Shown here: piece after piece, positions 1 through 16,035 of the stretch
How the letters are laid out: each line of letters begins with the position of its first letter
How positions within the stretch are numbered: position 1 is the stretch's first letter
Assembly (NCBI RefSeq): GCF_009914755.1
Contig: NC_060931.1
Direction: 5' to 3' (one strand)
Source: the human T2T-CHM13v2.0 reference genome, Homo sapiens
DNA length: 64,000 bases
Position numbers and translations under genes: made by a program
The notes under the pieces: model-generated
The model's database searches: none
What the model saw: only the letters and a program-made list of their open reading frames with translations
Told to the model about the DNA's origin: nothing

Positions 1-49
1 TAACATTAAGAAAACTTCAGCTACTGTGTAGGGAAAGCTAACTAGGTAA

Positions 50-408
<359 letters not shown>

Positions 409-613
409 TAGTATCTCTGACCACAGAAAGAGAAGAAGCCATTGTTATTCTTGTTGATGATGGCGACAGTAATGACATGGTAAAAGTTTCAGTGTAGTGT
501 TTTAGCCCGGTTTGATATGAGTAAATTTAAAGGCCTCTTTTTGGGTTATATCTATGACACCTTATTTATATGTTCATGTTTTTCCAAGATAAGACAAATG
601 AATACTTACATGG

Positions 614-931
<318 letters not shown>

Positions 932-934
932 AAA

Positions 935-1009
935 TACATATATAAATTAATACATAAATACATACGTATATATACATATATATACACATATATATGATAT
1001 ATATATGAT
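935..1009. repeat. Imperfect (TA)n/(TACA)n microsatellite
   Basis: atacatatata...tatatacacatatatatgatatatatatg. Confidence 0.8.
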
Positions 1010-1804
1010 ACCTTTATTACCATTACTCTTTTTACCCAAACTATCCTATCTATCAACATCATTGTCAAGTCTTTCAGTTTCCTTTCTTGCTATTGCTCTG
1101 AGATCTTCCTTCCTTCCTCTAATTTTTTGGAAATCCTTGGTAAATCGCATTCTTGTTAGGACAGTAGAATGAACCCTAAAGAGGAAATACATATGATTTG
1201 GTGATAAATATTCAGCCCCCTCTTAGAAATATCATTCTCTACGAAGCATGTTAACATCCTTAGCTTCTTTTCTCGTAACTTTTGGGTCAATACGTAAACC
1301 AACATTATGAAGGAATTATGATAATTGACTACCTAAGAATACAGTGTTGAAGAATGCAGTTAATTACTTCATTAAATAATTGAGTAATTTTTATCCTATA
1401 TATACACACAAGATTGTGTAAATAGTAGGACTCAAAAAATCTTTTTGAAACTATTAAGTATCTGCAATATGCCTTATTTAATCCACTATGACAGACATAT
1501 ATGTTTTTTAATCATCTCTTAATTTATAATTTCTGGCTATTTATGACATTTTCAAGCTATTTCCCAAAGTACATACAAAGAGGAATTTGATTTATTTAAA
1601 TAGGACTTATCTGCCCCCTAAAATAAGTATCTTTATTCATGAAAGTGAACATTTCATGAAAAAATATGCTTCAGCCCAATTATCCTTCAGCTTTTTTGTT
1701 CGTTTGTTTGTTTTGTTTTTTTGGTAAAGATCACTTCGAGAATCTCATAAAACTGTGGACACTCTCCCCAGGGAAATACACGTTCGAAAATATACTGCAC
1801 ATTG

Positions 1805-1963
1805 GGCCAGACACAGTGCCTCATGCCTACAATCCCAGCACTTTAGGAGGCTGAGAGGAGGATCACTTGAGCCCAGGAGTTCGAGGCTGCAGTGAGCTAT
1901 GATCACACCACTGTGCTTCAGCCTGGGCAACAGAGCGAGACACTGTCTCAAAAAATAATAATA
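1805..1963 (+). mobile_element. Free Alu monomer (FAM/FRAM-like)
   Basis: Single ~150 nt Alu arm with an A/(AAT) tail. Confidence 0.8.
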
Positions 1964-2116
1964 AGTGTTAAAAATATGTTGCATATAATGATAAAGATTC
2001 ACAGATTCCCCCAAAGCCTATGCATGAATTCCCTAGTTAAGAACACCTGTTCTGGTCTTTTCATGAACCTGTCAATTCTTTTGACTGCTATCTGGAAAGC
2101 CACTTTTATTAATTGA

Positions 2117-2471
<355 letters not shown>

Positions 2472-2779
2472 CAAGGAAGAATATTGCTTATTTAGTGGAG
2501 AGGATCCTCTGAAATATTAAGACTGAACTTGATGTTAAGTAGCAAAAGCAAAGATAACCAAAGTGATTCACTAAATAATCTTCTCATCAAACCTATCTTA
2601 GCCAGAGCCAACCAACAAAATAAAAAATGTGCAGAAAATCTAAAATGTTAGAGTCTTTTATGAATGCTGACCTGTCATTATGTTAGAAAACAAAATGCAG
2701 TTTTTAATCAGATTATATAATTCAAGGGATTTAGCCTGTGCTCCCTGGCTCTCTGTGAATATGTTCCCATTGCCCTTTT

Positions 2780-3270
2780 ATCAGTTAGAATGTTGGGTTG
2801 GCTACTTTTGAAAAAAGTTCTTATAAAATAACAGTGGCTTATACAAGGTCAAAAAGTAGTCCTGCCACATGAGAGTTTTACAGATAGTCCATTCAGAAGT
2901 CATGTGTTACCACAAATTGTCATCAATCTGGCTCTTTATAGTTCACCATTTCTAGAATGGGCTTTTCACGGTCCCAGGTGGCTGCAGGAGTTGCAGCCCC
3001 CATATCCACATTCCTGACAGGAGGATGGAAGAAGAAACAAACAAGATGACAAAAGGAAAAGGACGGTGTTTGCTTTGTTGTGCAAGTGCTTCCTACAAGT
3101 TAACAAACAGAAATTCTCCTTTCATCTCATTGGTCAAACTTAGTCACATTGCATTACCTAGCTGCAAGAGAGGCTGGGAAAAGTGAATTTATCTTAAGCA
3201 ACCATATGCCCAGCTAAAAATTAGCAAGAAGACATTTTAAGGAAGGCAATCAGCAGTCTCCATCACAGAT
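2780..3270. mobile_element. Old MaLR LTR (MLT1-like) remnant
   Basis: MLT1-like segments (aacagtggctta..., ctagctgcaagagaggctgggaaa); heavily diverged. Confidence 0.5.
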
Positions 3271-3512
3271 GTCCTTTCCCACATCTCCTTGTATTATTTG
3301 GGGTGTTCTGTGTTGCTGCTGTGGTCCAATCTTGTTAAAGCCTGTGTATGGATAGATTGATGAATGCTATCTCTCTTGTTACCCATATGGGTTAGGTAAA
3401 TGAGGACCAGTTGTTCCTGTTGCCTGGGTGTCCCTCACAGTGGAGTAAAATACCCAAGAGGTTTAGACAAGTCAACTGTACTGCTAGGGTATTTTTCAAA
3501 TCTAATTAAACC

Positions 3513-3670
3513 TTTTTTTTCTTTTTTTTGCTCTGTCACCCAGGCTGAAGTGCAGCAGCACACTTATAGCTCACTGCAGCCTTGAACTCCTGGGCTCAAG
3601 TAATCCTCCTGCCTCAGCCTCCTGAGTAGCTGGGACTACAGGTGTATGCCACTATGCCTGGCTAATTTTT
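3513..3670 (-). mobile_element. Partial Alu (right arm, AluJ-like)
   Basis: ctcactgcagccttgaactcctgggctcaag...gctaatttt. Confidence 0.8.
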
Positions 3671-3824
3671 AAATCCATATTTTTAATCTTTCCCCTCAAT
3701 TTAGAATTTACCTCCAAACTTTGGCATGTGTATTCAAAATGAACAGTTTGTTTAATACTAGTGCTTTATTATCCTGAGCATTCCAGAATATTTATGTAAA
3801 TTTAATCAAGTGGCTGGGACATAA

Positions 3825-4357
<533 letters not shown>

Positions 4358-5459
4358 CTACTATGGGTATGCAGATGCCTGTTCTTTGTTCACAATGGAG
4401 TCTGTATTTTTTAAATATTTCCTTATCACTTGGTTTGCAAAAATACAACTGGCCTGAACTGTGGAATGGTAGGTAGACTCATACCTTTTCTTCAGAAAGC
4501 CTGATTCATATTTTTTTCCTGCATCATTTATGTTATCAGAACACAAAGAAATGGATTGACTTGTTTCTTTTAGCACTGAGGATAAAGCCAAGTCATTTAT
4601 ATAAAGTACAGATTGAAGTAATGTACTTAGTTATTATAGTACCTTGGGTTTTATGTGGACTATCTGTAATTCAGAAAGGTATTAAGTGATTTGTTAGATC
4701 ATAATTCCAAAGTGAAATTTTGATACATATATTGGATCTCCTAGAAATTTCTCACATTTAAAAGTAAATTTTTTTTATACCCTTCAAGGTTAATTCCAGT
4801 TATACGGTTTCTCTTTTCTGCCTTCACAAGCTTGCCCTTTATTTGTGGAAAAGTTATTTTTTAATGATTGTATATTTCCAAGCCCCATAAATGACCTAAA
4901 AATGGCCTAGTGATTTAGAGTGACCTAGTGATTTAATTGGATCTGCGCTACATGCTTCCTGGCCAATTCTAGAACCGTATTTGGTGGGAGCCCTGGATTC
5001 TGCTAAAAGCACTGTCTAAAGAAACTGAAAAGCTCTCTGATCCTGACCCACAGAGAACAAATCTGGTCTTGGTTTAGTATCACAAGTCCTCTGGAAGACT
5101 AGGTCTGAACTACTCACACTGGTTCTACATATACTTCATATATGGCCCAAGTTGTCAGATCCATTTCAAATGTGAACTGGCTATAGTTTGCCCATTTTAA
5201 AGGACAAGGCAGGGAAGGGCAGATTTTGGCCTCTTCCTCCCCTGTTGCTCAATGCCAGCTGAAGGAATAGTCCTCAACTTCCTTTCCTTGCCTCACAGAA
5301 CTGCCAAATCTGAACATGGGTGAAATATGACTTTTAAGCCATAGATTGGACAGCTATTTTTCTTTTAATTTTATGGCTGTTGGGCCATAACCGTATCCAT
5401 GTAGCATGCCAGGATTCCATTTTCCATCTGCGTTCTTAAAAAAAAATCTCACAGGTCTA

Positions 5460-5812
<353 letters not shown>

Positions 5813-5869
5813 TCATCCCAACAATGAATTTTACTTTTAGTTCATTGGAAGGAAATAATGTGTCGTGGT

Positions 5870-6600
5870 GATTTTATTAGTTAAGGTACAGGCTAAGCTG
5901 CTGTAAGAAAGAGAATCAAAACTATAGGGATTCAAACAAGATAGGAGTTTTTTTCTCACACATATTAGGCAGCTTTGTTCCATGAGATCATTCATACGCC
6001 CAAGCTGATGGGTGCCCCTGCCATACCTAACTCAAGTTTTCCAGACTTGACCAATCATCATCATTTCTAGCCATAGAAAAGGAAAGAGTTCGCTGGGCCC
6101 CGCGGCTCGTGCCTATAATCCCAGCACCTTGGGAGGCCGAGCAGGGTGGATCACCTGAGGACAGGAGTTCAAGACCAGCCTGGCCAATGTGGCAAAAACC
6201 CATCTCTATTAAAAATACAAAAATTAGCTGGGTGTGGTGGCATGCACCTGTAATCGCAGCTACTCAGGAGGCTGAGGCAGGAGAATTACTTGAACCCAGG
6301 AGGCAGAGGTTGCAATGAGCTGAGTTGGTGCCACTGCACTGCAGCCTGGGTGACAGAGCAAGACTCCGTCTCAAAAAAAAAAAAAAAAAGAAAGAAAGAA
6401 AAAAAGGGAAGAGTGACAACTAAGACAAGCAATTTCATTTTCAGCAAATGACCTGGAAGTTATACACAACACTTTAGCTGAAATTCTGTTGGCAAAAACT
6501 TGGTTGGATGACACAAATGGCTTCATGGGAGGCTGGGAAACAGTCAAGGGTGTCCATGTGCCCAGAGAACCAGGGAAGAATGGATAGTTGTGGTTAACTA
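5870..6600. mobile_element. Old MLT1-like LTR remnant interrupted by an Alu
   Basis: tattagttaaggtacaggctaagctgctgtaa... and ggaggctgggaaa segments on either side of the Alu. Confidence 0.45.
6093..6405 (+). mobile_element. Alu (AluSx-like)
   Basis: Full dimer with an A/(GAAA) tail. Confidence 0.9.
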
Positions 6601-6989
6601 GCATTCTCCCAACCGTAATAGCATTCTACTACAGTGATGAAATGAAGATGATGGCTTTATGTCATCCAGATTCTGCGAAGAAAATTTTGCAGAGGAAAAT
6701 GATGTCAAGCAGTATAACATGGTTAAAATGAACTGTCTCATTTTCTAGTGAACTTAGAAGCATTCAGAAGCATGACTGAAGCAAAATAAAAGTATTCCTC
6801 TTAAGCCAACAGACTGGCAAATGCCAAATAATCTTCTGTTAAGCTTCTCATTGGATAAGTAGCCATGCTGAAGACTGCCTCTGTAGTATCTCACTCTCAA
6901 AGTTCTTTACAAGATTATTGAAAACGCAGACCCTTGCTCTTGGAAACCATACAGATGGATAATCAAGCATTTCTTCTCTTTTTTCCCAG

Positions 6990-7181
6990 GATACACTTGA
7001 AATATGCTCCAAGGAGCAGGAGTTTAAAAGCATCCTTTTTTCTCTCTGCTACTTCCACGCCTGTGTTGCTGGGAGACTGAGGTTTGGCCCCCAGGGCTGG
7101 AGCCGAAGCTATCCTTTTAATCCTGGAGACCTCACCATTTGTGCCAGTGTCCTCTACAACTACTTAGAGGCAAACTCTAAA
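6990..7181 (+). CDS. DNAH11: Dynein axonemal heavy chain 11, coding exon (8th from last, probably exon 75)
   Basis: ttttcccag|GAT...AAA|gtaagt; 192 nt, phase 0/0; [64 protein letters not shown] (dynein AAA6/lid region). Confidence 0.96.
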
Positions 7182-8785
7182 GTAAGTGCTAGTGGTCAAA
7201 TAACCTCTTCCAAGGAGTTTACAAAGCTGTCAGTCTTTGGGCACTATCAAAATTGACCATAATTTCTCTTTTGAAGCTATTATTGAAATAGCTGACACTA
7301 TGTATGTATCTTCTGCCAAGTGTGAAAATAAACCAGATCAAAGGTTTTCCAGCAGTGGATGTTTGCACTTCATGAGATAGGTCAAACCAGTTCTACATCA
7401 GCAGCTTAGTGTAAAAAAAAACAAAAAATGTCCTTCATTATGTTAACAAAAACAGTGGTTTACATGTGCGTATATGCCAGATTCATTAGGCAGGTAATGA
7501 AGCATTTGCACAAATGTAATTACATACAGCAATTCTGACAGTTCATAACACTGCATTAATAATCACTACAATTAGTTCTGATGATGGAAGCAATTTACAG
7601 CGCGTCACATGTATAAATAATGGTGCATTTCCTGCATATGTCATTATTATGTATTAAGGATGCCACCTTGTTGTGACTTTCTCAGTAATGTTCCCCTTGA
7701 TTTGAAGTTAAAGGTAGATGAATGATTTTATTTCGTAGCTAAAATGTGTTTTACAGATGGGAATGGGAATGCCTCATCAAGAACATTTGTGTAAGTTCTC
7801 ATAAACCCAATGATTGGATTTCAAAAAGCAAGAACCATTCATTCCTAAGGATTTTCTAGCTTAATCCTCACAAGGGAAACTTTTTTCATTAAGTTAAATC
7901 CGTTAAGACTAGGATACATGTGTCAAAACCAGTCAAGTGTTGTACTCTAGGCCACATTTTCTATAAAGCGTTTTTAAAATCACCCGTCTCTGTTTCTAAA
8001 TGGAAACTATTGTTTTATGTTCCTTCAGTAATGATTGTTATAACTTTTTTGGTCAGCTTTCTCAGGCTTCGGTGGTGATTTGATTGCTATTAGAATAGAT
8101 ACCCTTGGTACCTAACAGGCATATTTTCCCAAGGAACAAATTTTAAATAAGTTGTATCCAAAATAAATGGTTTTAATATGGTATTTGATGTTCAGTGTTC
8201 CATATCTCTCATTTTTCAATTTATAGAATTAAAAAGTAATTCTGAATACTTTGAGCATATTTTGACCATTCTATTAAATAGTAATATTTTTGTGTTGATT
8301 CCCAGCACATTTTGTCTAAACTATTGCACATAAAATTATAACAGTTCTAGGTAGAAAAAGGAATGGACCATTTAAGACTTTTATTCATGTCCTTCATAAC
8401 TGTCCTGTGAGGCTGCAACCGGGAATAGAATCGTATTTCAGCTGAATCCTATACACCATTGAGGTGGAAATGAAGGGGAGGAAGAGGGAAGTGGACACAC
8501 GTGTTTCTCTCCAGCTCTTACATCCTGAGTCTTGGAAACACCAGTTGACCAACCGAGTCACACTGTGTCCTGCTTTTTTTTCATCCTGGGGCTCCAGGAT
8601 CAGCACAGCCTTAAGTTTTTAACACATTCTCATGTTTCTCAGTCATTTTCTGCACATCACAAGGCGACTTATCAGGATTTGGGAATTAAATTCCTATGAG
8701 CACATGTTTGGTTGTACAAAATGGCCTTTTCAAGAAAGTATATGTAAAAAACAAAGACCAGGATTGAGGGAAAGAGAATCAATTA

Positions 8786-9190
<405 letters not shown>

Positions 9191-10048
9191 AAATTAAAAA
9201 GAGATACATATTGAATACTGAAATGTGTTGCAAGCATCGATTAAATGTAAGCAGAAAAAGAACTAAAAGTCAGAAGCCTTTGTTTTCCATCCATTTCAGC
9301 TATTTGGAAGGTAGTCCATGCAGTGGTTGAGAGAGCATGTTGCGGTCTAGGCACCCCTCTCTTATTTTTCATTCACCTCAACCCAGCTTAAAAGACATAT
9401 TTGAGGTTCATTTATTCAAATTCAAATAAACTTGTAGAAAAGTACATTGGCATAGTTGAAGCAATTTTACTTGTTCTGTTCTGTCACATCACGCAACAAG
9501 CGAAGGCTATAATTATAATTATGTTTTTACTTAAACTGTTGGGAGGCAGTATACTGCCCCCGAAGGTGTAAAGGTTCCTGTCTAGAAAGGCTTCATCACA
9601 CACTGGCATGTTTTGCAAACCCAGAAGAAGCTAAAGTATAGCAAAGAGAGGCTTCAAACCCTGCTCAGCCAAATAAAGAGTAGGTACAGTGATTTCTTGA
9701 ATAAAACATGGTATAGTCATTAGTTACAACCCTTAGAACAGTCATTAGGCCAGTCATGCCGTAAGACAAGCCCTCAGCTCCATCTGTGGCAAGGGGATTT
9801 GTTTGCCTGGACTTTTGGAAAATACTAGGATTCTAAATACACCCCAAATTCAAATTGTGTGGATGTTGCTTTCTTTTCCTGAATCAGATAATACAAGCTG
9901 ATATAAAGCAGATAATAAAAACATGTCATACTTCAAAGGCCCTGTGAACCAACATCCTTTCACAATTTTTAGATGAGAATTTGAATGTATAAACTTTCCC
10001 TGCAAACATGTTCTAGGGATGACTCAGTTTCTTTTAAAATCTGCGTAA

Positions 10049-10348
10049 GGCTGGGCGTGGCAGCTCAAGCCTGTAAATCCCAGTACTTTGAGAGGCCAAG
10101 GAGGAAGGATGGCTTGAGGCCAGGAATTCGAGACCAACCTGGACACCATAGTGAGACCCCCATCTCTACAAAATTTTTAAAAAATTAGCGAGATGTAGTG
10201 TCCTGTGCCTGTAGTCCTAGTTACTTGGGAGGCTGAGGCGAGAGGATTGCTGGAGCCCCAGAATTCAAGGTTGCAATGAGCTGTGATTGTGCCACTGCAC
10301 TCCAGCTTAGGCAACAAAGCCAGACCTCATCTCTTAAAGAAAAAAAAA
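10049..10348 (+). mobile_element. Alu (AluJ)
   Basis: Diverged full dimer. Confidence 0.88.
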
Positions 10349-10582
10349 TCTTCATAAACAGCTCAATGTTAGTGAATTTTCACTGACTATATTAGAAGAC
10401 ACTGAAAATAATTCTCCCAAGAAATTCTCTGCAGAAACTTAGACAATTTCTGAAGCACCTTTAAATCCTCCTATTGACGGAGGCTTGGAGGGCATTGTGT
10501 TAGAGGGGCACGTGCTACTGGTTGGCTACTCTGAGGCAGACTCTGCACCCAGCAGTGAATATTTGTGTGGTTTTCTCCACAG

Positions 10583-10702
10583 GTCCCATGGGAAGATCTC
10601 CGTTATCTCTTTGGTGAGATCATGTATGGAGGCCACATCACAGATGACTGGGATCGCAAACTGTGTCGGGTGTATTTAGAAGAATTCGTGAATCCATCTC
10701 TG
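10583..10702 (+). CDS. DNAH11: DNAH11 coding exon (probably 76)
   Basis: ctccacag|GTC...CTG|gtaaga; 120 nt; [40 protein letters not shown], with the conserved dynein YGGxxxDxWD motif. Confidence 0.96.
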
Positions 10703-10779
10703 GTAAGACATTTGTAAATTAATTTGTAAATAAATTTCACTGAGCAAAAAATTCTGGTAAGAATTTTATAAACTAATTA

Positions 10780-10930
10780 TACTATGGGCAATTCTTAATG
10801 TTATTGAGGATGCTTGGCCTTTTGGGAAATTTCTTAGAAAAGCGGAATCTCGGGTTCCATCCCAGACCTACAGAATCAGAATCTGCATTTTCACAAGTCT
10901 TCCAGGTGATCTGTGTGTGTGCTAGAGAGT
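10780..10930. mobile_element. MER5A-like hAT fossil
   Basis: cccagacctacagaatcagaatctgcattttcacaag...ccaggtgat. Confidence 0.6.
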
Positions 10931-11239
10931 GCACCAGCGTGAGGCAGCCTCACATGCACTGACTCATCGGCTCTTTATAAAAACCCTATGAGGTATGCAG
11001 AGCTGACGCTGTTATTCCCTTTTCTAGACCGAGATGCTGAAACATGGGGATTTGCCCCAGGCCACTAGGTTGGCACAGGCAAGAGTTTTGTGCGTCTTTT
11101 GATAGAAGTCTTTTGATTTCTATTCCAGAGTTTATTTCACTAAAGTTTCTTTTCTGCCTGTCATGGAAGTCCTAGAAAATAGTCTACAGTTGGACCAGTA
11201 TCAGTTACTCAATTATAATATGTGCTCAAGAAAAATGTG

Positions 11240-12052
11240 GTCAATATGTATGTGAGGTGATAGATTTGTTAATTAGCCTGATTTAACCATTCCACGATGT
11301 ACACGTGTATCAAAACATCACACTGTGCCCCATAAATATATATAATTATTATTTGTCAATTTAAAATAAAATTAAATCTAACAAGATAGTAAAAAAAAGA
11401 TTATATATATCAACCAAGGGCAAGGTAAGAACCTTATTTGGATCTTGTTCCAAATGAACTGTAAAAAAAAAAAAAAAAAAAAAAAACACATTTATGACAC
11501 AATGGGAAATTAACATTAACATATCATGGTAATATAGAATTCCCGTTAATATTTTATGTGTGATAATAAAGTAATATAGTTATGTTTTTTAAAAAGAGAA
11601 AAGATGCTCCAGGGTGAACCTGGAGGACATTATGTTAAATGAAATAAGTCAGACGCAGAAGGACAAATACATGTTCTCACACACATAAAGACTCTTAAAA
11701 AGCTGATCTCCTATAAATGGTGAATAGAACAGTGGTTACCAGAGACTGGGGAAGGGGAGAATGGGGAATGAATGGTCAACAGATACAAAGTTACCATCCT
11801 TAGAAAGGAAGAATAAGTAAGTTCTCGTGTCCTATTGCACAGTAGGGTAACTGTAGTCAACAATACAATATTGTATATCTAAAAATAGCTAGAAGAGAGG
11901 ATTTTGTATGTTCCCACCCCAAAGAAATGAGAAATATTTAAGATGATGGGCCTGCTGATTGCCTGATTTGATCATTACACAACATATACATGTATCAAAA
12001 CATCGCATTGTACCCCATCAATATGTACAATTATTATGTGTCAGTTAAAAAG
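11240..12052 (+). mobile_element. Cluster of L1MA-type 3' end fragments
   Basis: Two L1MA 3' termini (tatcaaaacatc(a/g)ca...ccc(c)at...aatat...aattatta), ending near 11370 and 12050. Confidence 0.7.
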
Positions 12053-12519
12053 ACAAGTATGGTGATTTGAGAACCTCATTCTTCCTTCTCTCGTGAGGAA
12101 GAGGTAGATCACCCCTGTAGGTGGAGTTTTAAAAGACCAAGCATCCTTTTCCCATTTCTCATCTTAGTAACCCTGTGTCTGTGTAGAAATGGTTCCAGCC
12201 CGGGGCTGTGTTTTCTGGAAAAAGTACTCCATTTTTGTTTCTCGTACTACAGAGGGTGAGCGTGGTGGCTGTAGTTTTCTCATGCTCTCTCTCCCTCATG
12301 GCATCCAGGTTCATGGCCATTCCTGGTTATTTCTTGGAAACGTAAAGCACCTGTACACCATATCATGTCTATTTCCAGTTGGGCGAGACACCAACTCTGT
12401 TTAAAGCAATGCTTTGAATAGTTTGAGTGATGTCCTATTTATAGTTTCTCTGAAAATTTCACCTCAGAGAAGCATTATATAGATTTGATCACCTTCCTAG
12501 AGTTCATTTTGAGAAGTAA

Positions 12520-12645
12520 TATAATCATATCAGTCTAATATTTAGTGTATATTAGATTAAATCACTAAAATCATATTAGTCTAATATTTAGTCTATTTTA
12601 GACTAAAATACACCAGGAAAACATAGTGTATTTTAGTCTAATATA
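12520..12645. repeat. AT-rich direct/inverted repeat mosaic
   Basis: 24-nt direct repeat (12523 and 12569) and a perfect 16-bp inverted repeat (12598-12613 / 12626-12641). Confidence 0.8.
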
Positions 12646-13749
12646 GAAAACTGGGGACATTCTTTTGTTACTACTTTTAATAATGTGGAACAGTTTGGAG
12701 ACAGTGCAAAAAATGCACAATGTTATGTAATTGTTTCTTTTGATTGTGAGTCTCATGGTCTTTCCTTAGTTCTAATGAGCAAGATTTCACATGTCAGAGA
12801 GAGACTTCCAATTTAGCACAATTGGAAGTCACTCCTCAGGAAAGGTCTGGGAGCAAGTTACCATGGAGATGGGAAAGCTAAACAGTGCCAGGCATGCGAC
12901 CTTTACAGGGGCTGATTTCTCCGAATGATGGTGGAGGGCAAGGGGCCCGCGAGGAGCTCCCGCAGACAGTCCCTCCCCTAGCTCTGGCCTGTGGCTGAGG
13001 GGAGAATTACTGTTGCCAAATGCAGCAGTCCATTAACCTTCACAAGCCTGAACTCCCATTCAAATAATTGTAAAATAAATATAGGTGATGAAACCTGAAG
13101 GGGCATCAGTGATGTGTGTAAGCCCTTTAGAAATTTAGGTACCTGACCTTACATACAGATCTGGCGAGGTTTCCAGGATTGAAATGCTTCATTTTGCAAG
13201 CTGGCATCCTCACTGGAGAGGTACCTCCTCAACTCACCAAAGGAAATTAAAGCACTTAACTGACTTGCTGTCAGAGGCTGCAAATCCCAGTTATTTTGTT
13301 CTCATGCACGTTTCTCCTGTTTATGCTGTTTATATGATTAGTAACATGATCTAACACTTCATCTGCAGGACATCTTTTTGCCACTTCCCACAAGTGGTTA
13401 ACATATTTGGAAATTAGTGTCTTTGGTTGCATTGGAACATGATCAAAAAGCAACCCATTCATGGTGTGGGGTTTAAAGTTCTGCTGCTCTTATCCAAAGA
13501 ATCAGAATGCTTTCAGTGATATCTTGCTGTTAGGAGGATCAGTGAGTTTCTTGTTGAATAAATGAGTTTGCTCTCAGAGAGAGTTCTCCAGTGGGCTTTA
13601 GAGGGTCTCTGGCCAAAGTCAAGAAAGAAAACATCTTCTCACATAAAGCATGTATTTGGCAGCGTTAATTAAGAAATACAGTAAATCACTTTCAGAGAAT
13701 AAGGTACCAGGTCACCTTAAAGTTATCATATAATACAAACTATTTTAGT

Positions 13750-14500
13750 AATATAGAATAACAAGAATCTGGGCTTTGAAGTAAAAAACAAAGACAAAAA
13801 ACACCTGGGTTCACACTGAAGTACCTCTATGTATTTGCCGTATGATGTAATTGACCCTCTCTTAGCCTTGGTTTCATAATCTACAAAACCAGAATGATCA
13901 ACTTACAGGTTTGCTGTCAGGTTTAAACTTTGGTACAATGCTAGAACAATATGCTTAATAAATGGGAAATCTTTTTATTATAAAGTATACATTTTCATTA
14001 TATATATTTAATATTTGGCTATACATTAATCTGTGATAACAATGGGAATCCTTTAGTAAATACCTGCTCTGTGCCAAGGGTCATTACCACACACTTTATA
14101 TGTATGATTTCTTCTCACTATAATCTGGAAGAGTAAGTATTATTCCATTTAATCAAAAAAGAACCTCAGGCTTAGAGAGGTCAAGCAGCTGAACCAGAAT
14201 TTAAACTCGTAATCAGACTCCAAAGGCTGGTCTTTCTCTGCACCATACTGCCCTGGCTGGAGTGCTGAGCTGTTTGCAGCACAGGTCACCAAAACAATGA
14301 CTCGTATTTGTATGTAGATGGTGTACAGGCCAACACTGAGAACAACACGGGCAATACGGGAGACCAGAGTTCTGGTTCTGCTACTGACTTGCTGTCTGGC
14401 TTTGTGCATGGCTTCCCTGTGCCTCACTTCATTCATTTATAAAATTAAGGTATTGCCTAGAAAATCACCAATGTACCTTTTCATTCTCAAGACACCATGA
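13750..14500. mobile_element. MIR fragments
   Basis: MIR core-like segments (ctcaggcttagagaggtcaagc; gcctcacttcattcatttataaaat). Confidence 0.55.
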
Positions 14501-14760
14501 TAATTCAATCTTGAGTAATGTCTAAAAATCCCTAACAGCACTTTGGGGCCATGGCATTTTTGACCCAGAAGGCCAAGGGCAAATGCATTTGTTTAAATTC
14601 ACAATGAACTGGAGCTTCTTGTCATTACCAACACTACTTGGAGAGGCAGTGGAGTGGGGGTCGGTTTTTGTTAAATACCAGAAAGGAAAATATAAAAAAG
14701 ACAATAATCTCATGGAGTCCAACATAGTGGGCTGGATGCTGGTTCTCCAGTTTCTAATAA

Positions 14761-15097
<337 letters not shown>

Positions 15098-15179
15098 GAA
15101 AATATCATCCAAATTTTTGATTATATTTTCATGATGTGGAGGTTCTTTCTGCCTGAGCATGATTCTATCGATTCTTTTT

Positions 15180-16035
15180 GTTTTTAAAAAAGGTTTTACT
15201 AAGATATAATTTGCACACCGTAACATTTACCAATTTAAATTATACAACTCAAAGGTCTTTAGTGTATTCTGCAACCATTACAAGTTTTAGAACAGGTTTA
15301 TTACCCACGCCCCACCCACCCAAAAAAAAAAAACCCTGCAGCCATTAGCAGTCAGGCACCATTTGTTTCCCACCCCATATTCCCCTATACCCCAGCCCAT
15401 GGCAGCTACTAATCTATTTTCTGTCTCTATAGATTTGCATGTTCTGGGCATTTTAAAAAATGGACTCATACAATATGTAGCCTTCTTTCACTTGGCATAA
15501 TGTTTTCAAGCTTCAGCCATGCTGTAGCATATATCAGTACTCAATTCCTTTTAAGTCTGAATAATGTTCCATTGTATGGACATAGCACATTTTGTTTATC
15601 TCATCTGTCAGTGGACATTTGGGTTGTTTCTCCTTCTTGGCTATTATGAATAATGCTGCTATGAACTTTTATGTACAAATTTTGTGTGGACATATGTTTT
15701 CAATTCTTTCGGATATGTACCTTGGAGTGGAATTGCTGGGCCAAGTGATAACTCTATGTTTATCATTTGCAAGTACCACCAAACTGTTTTTTAAATAGTG
15801 GCTGCACCATTTTATCTTCCCTTCAGCAATGTATGACAGTTCTGTTTTCTCCACATCCTCACCAAGACTGCTACTGTCCACATTTTTTTATTTTAGCCAT
15901 TCTGGTGGAGGTACAGTGGTGTCACATTACAGTTTTGACTTGCATGTCCCTGAAGACTAACAATGTTGAACATCCTTTCATGTTCTCATTGGCCATTTGT
16001 GTATCTTCTTTGGAGAAATGTCTATTTAGAATTTT
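15180..16035 (-). mobile_element. L1MB-type 3' region
   Basis: Reverse L1 3' sequence (ggacatttgggttgtttc..., ggccatttgtgtatcttctttggagaaatgtct). Confidence 0.8.

Noticed and set aside
12940-12990. GC-rich patch resembling a CTCF site (ccgcgaggagctc)
   Set aside because: It mismatches the GGC core of the motif and is too short for a CpG island.
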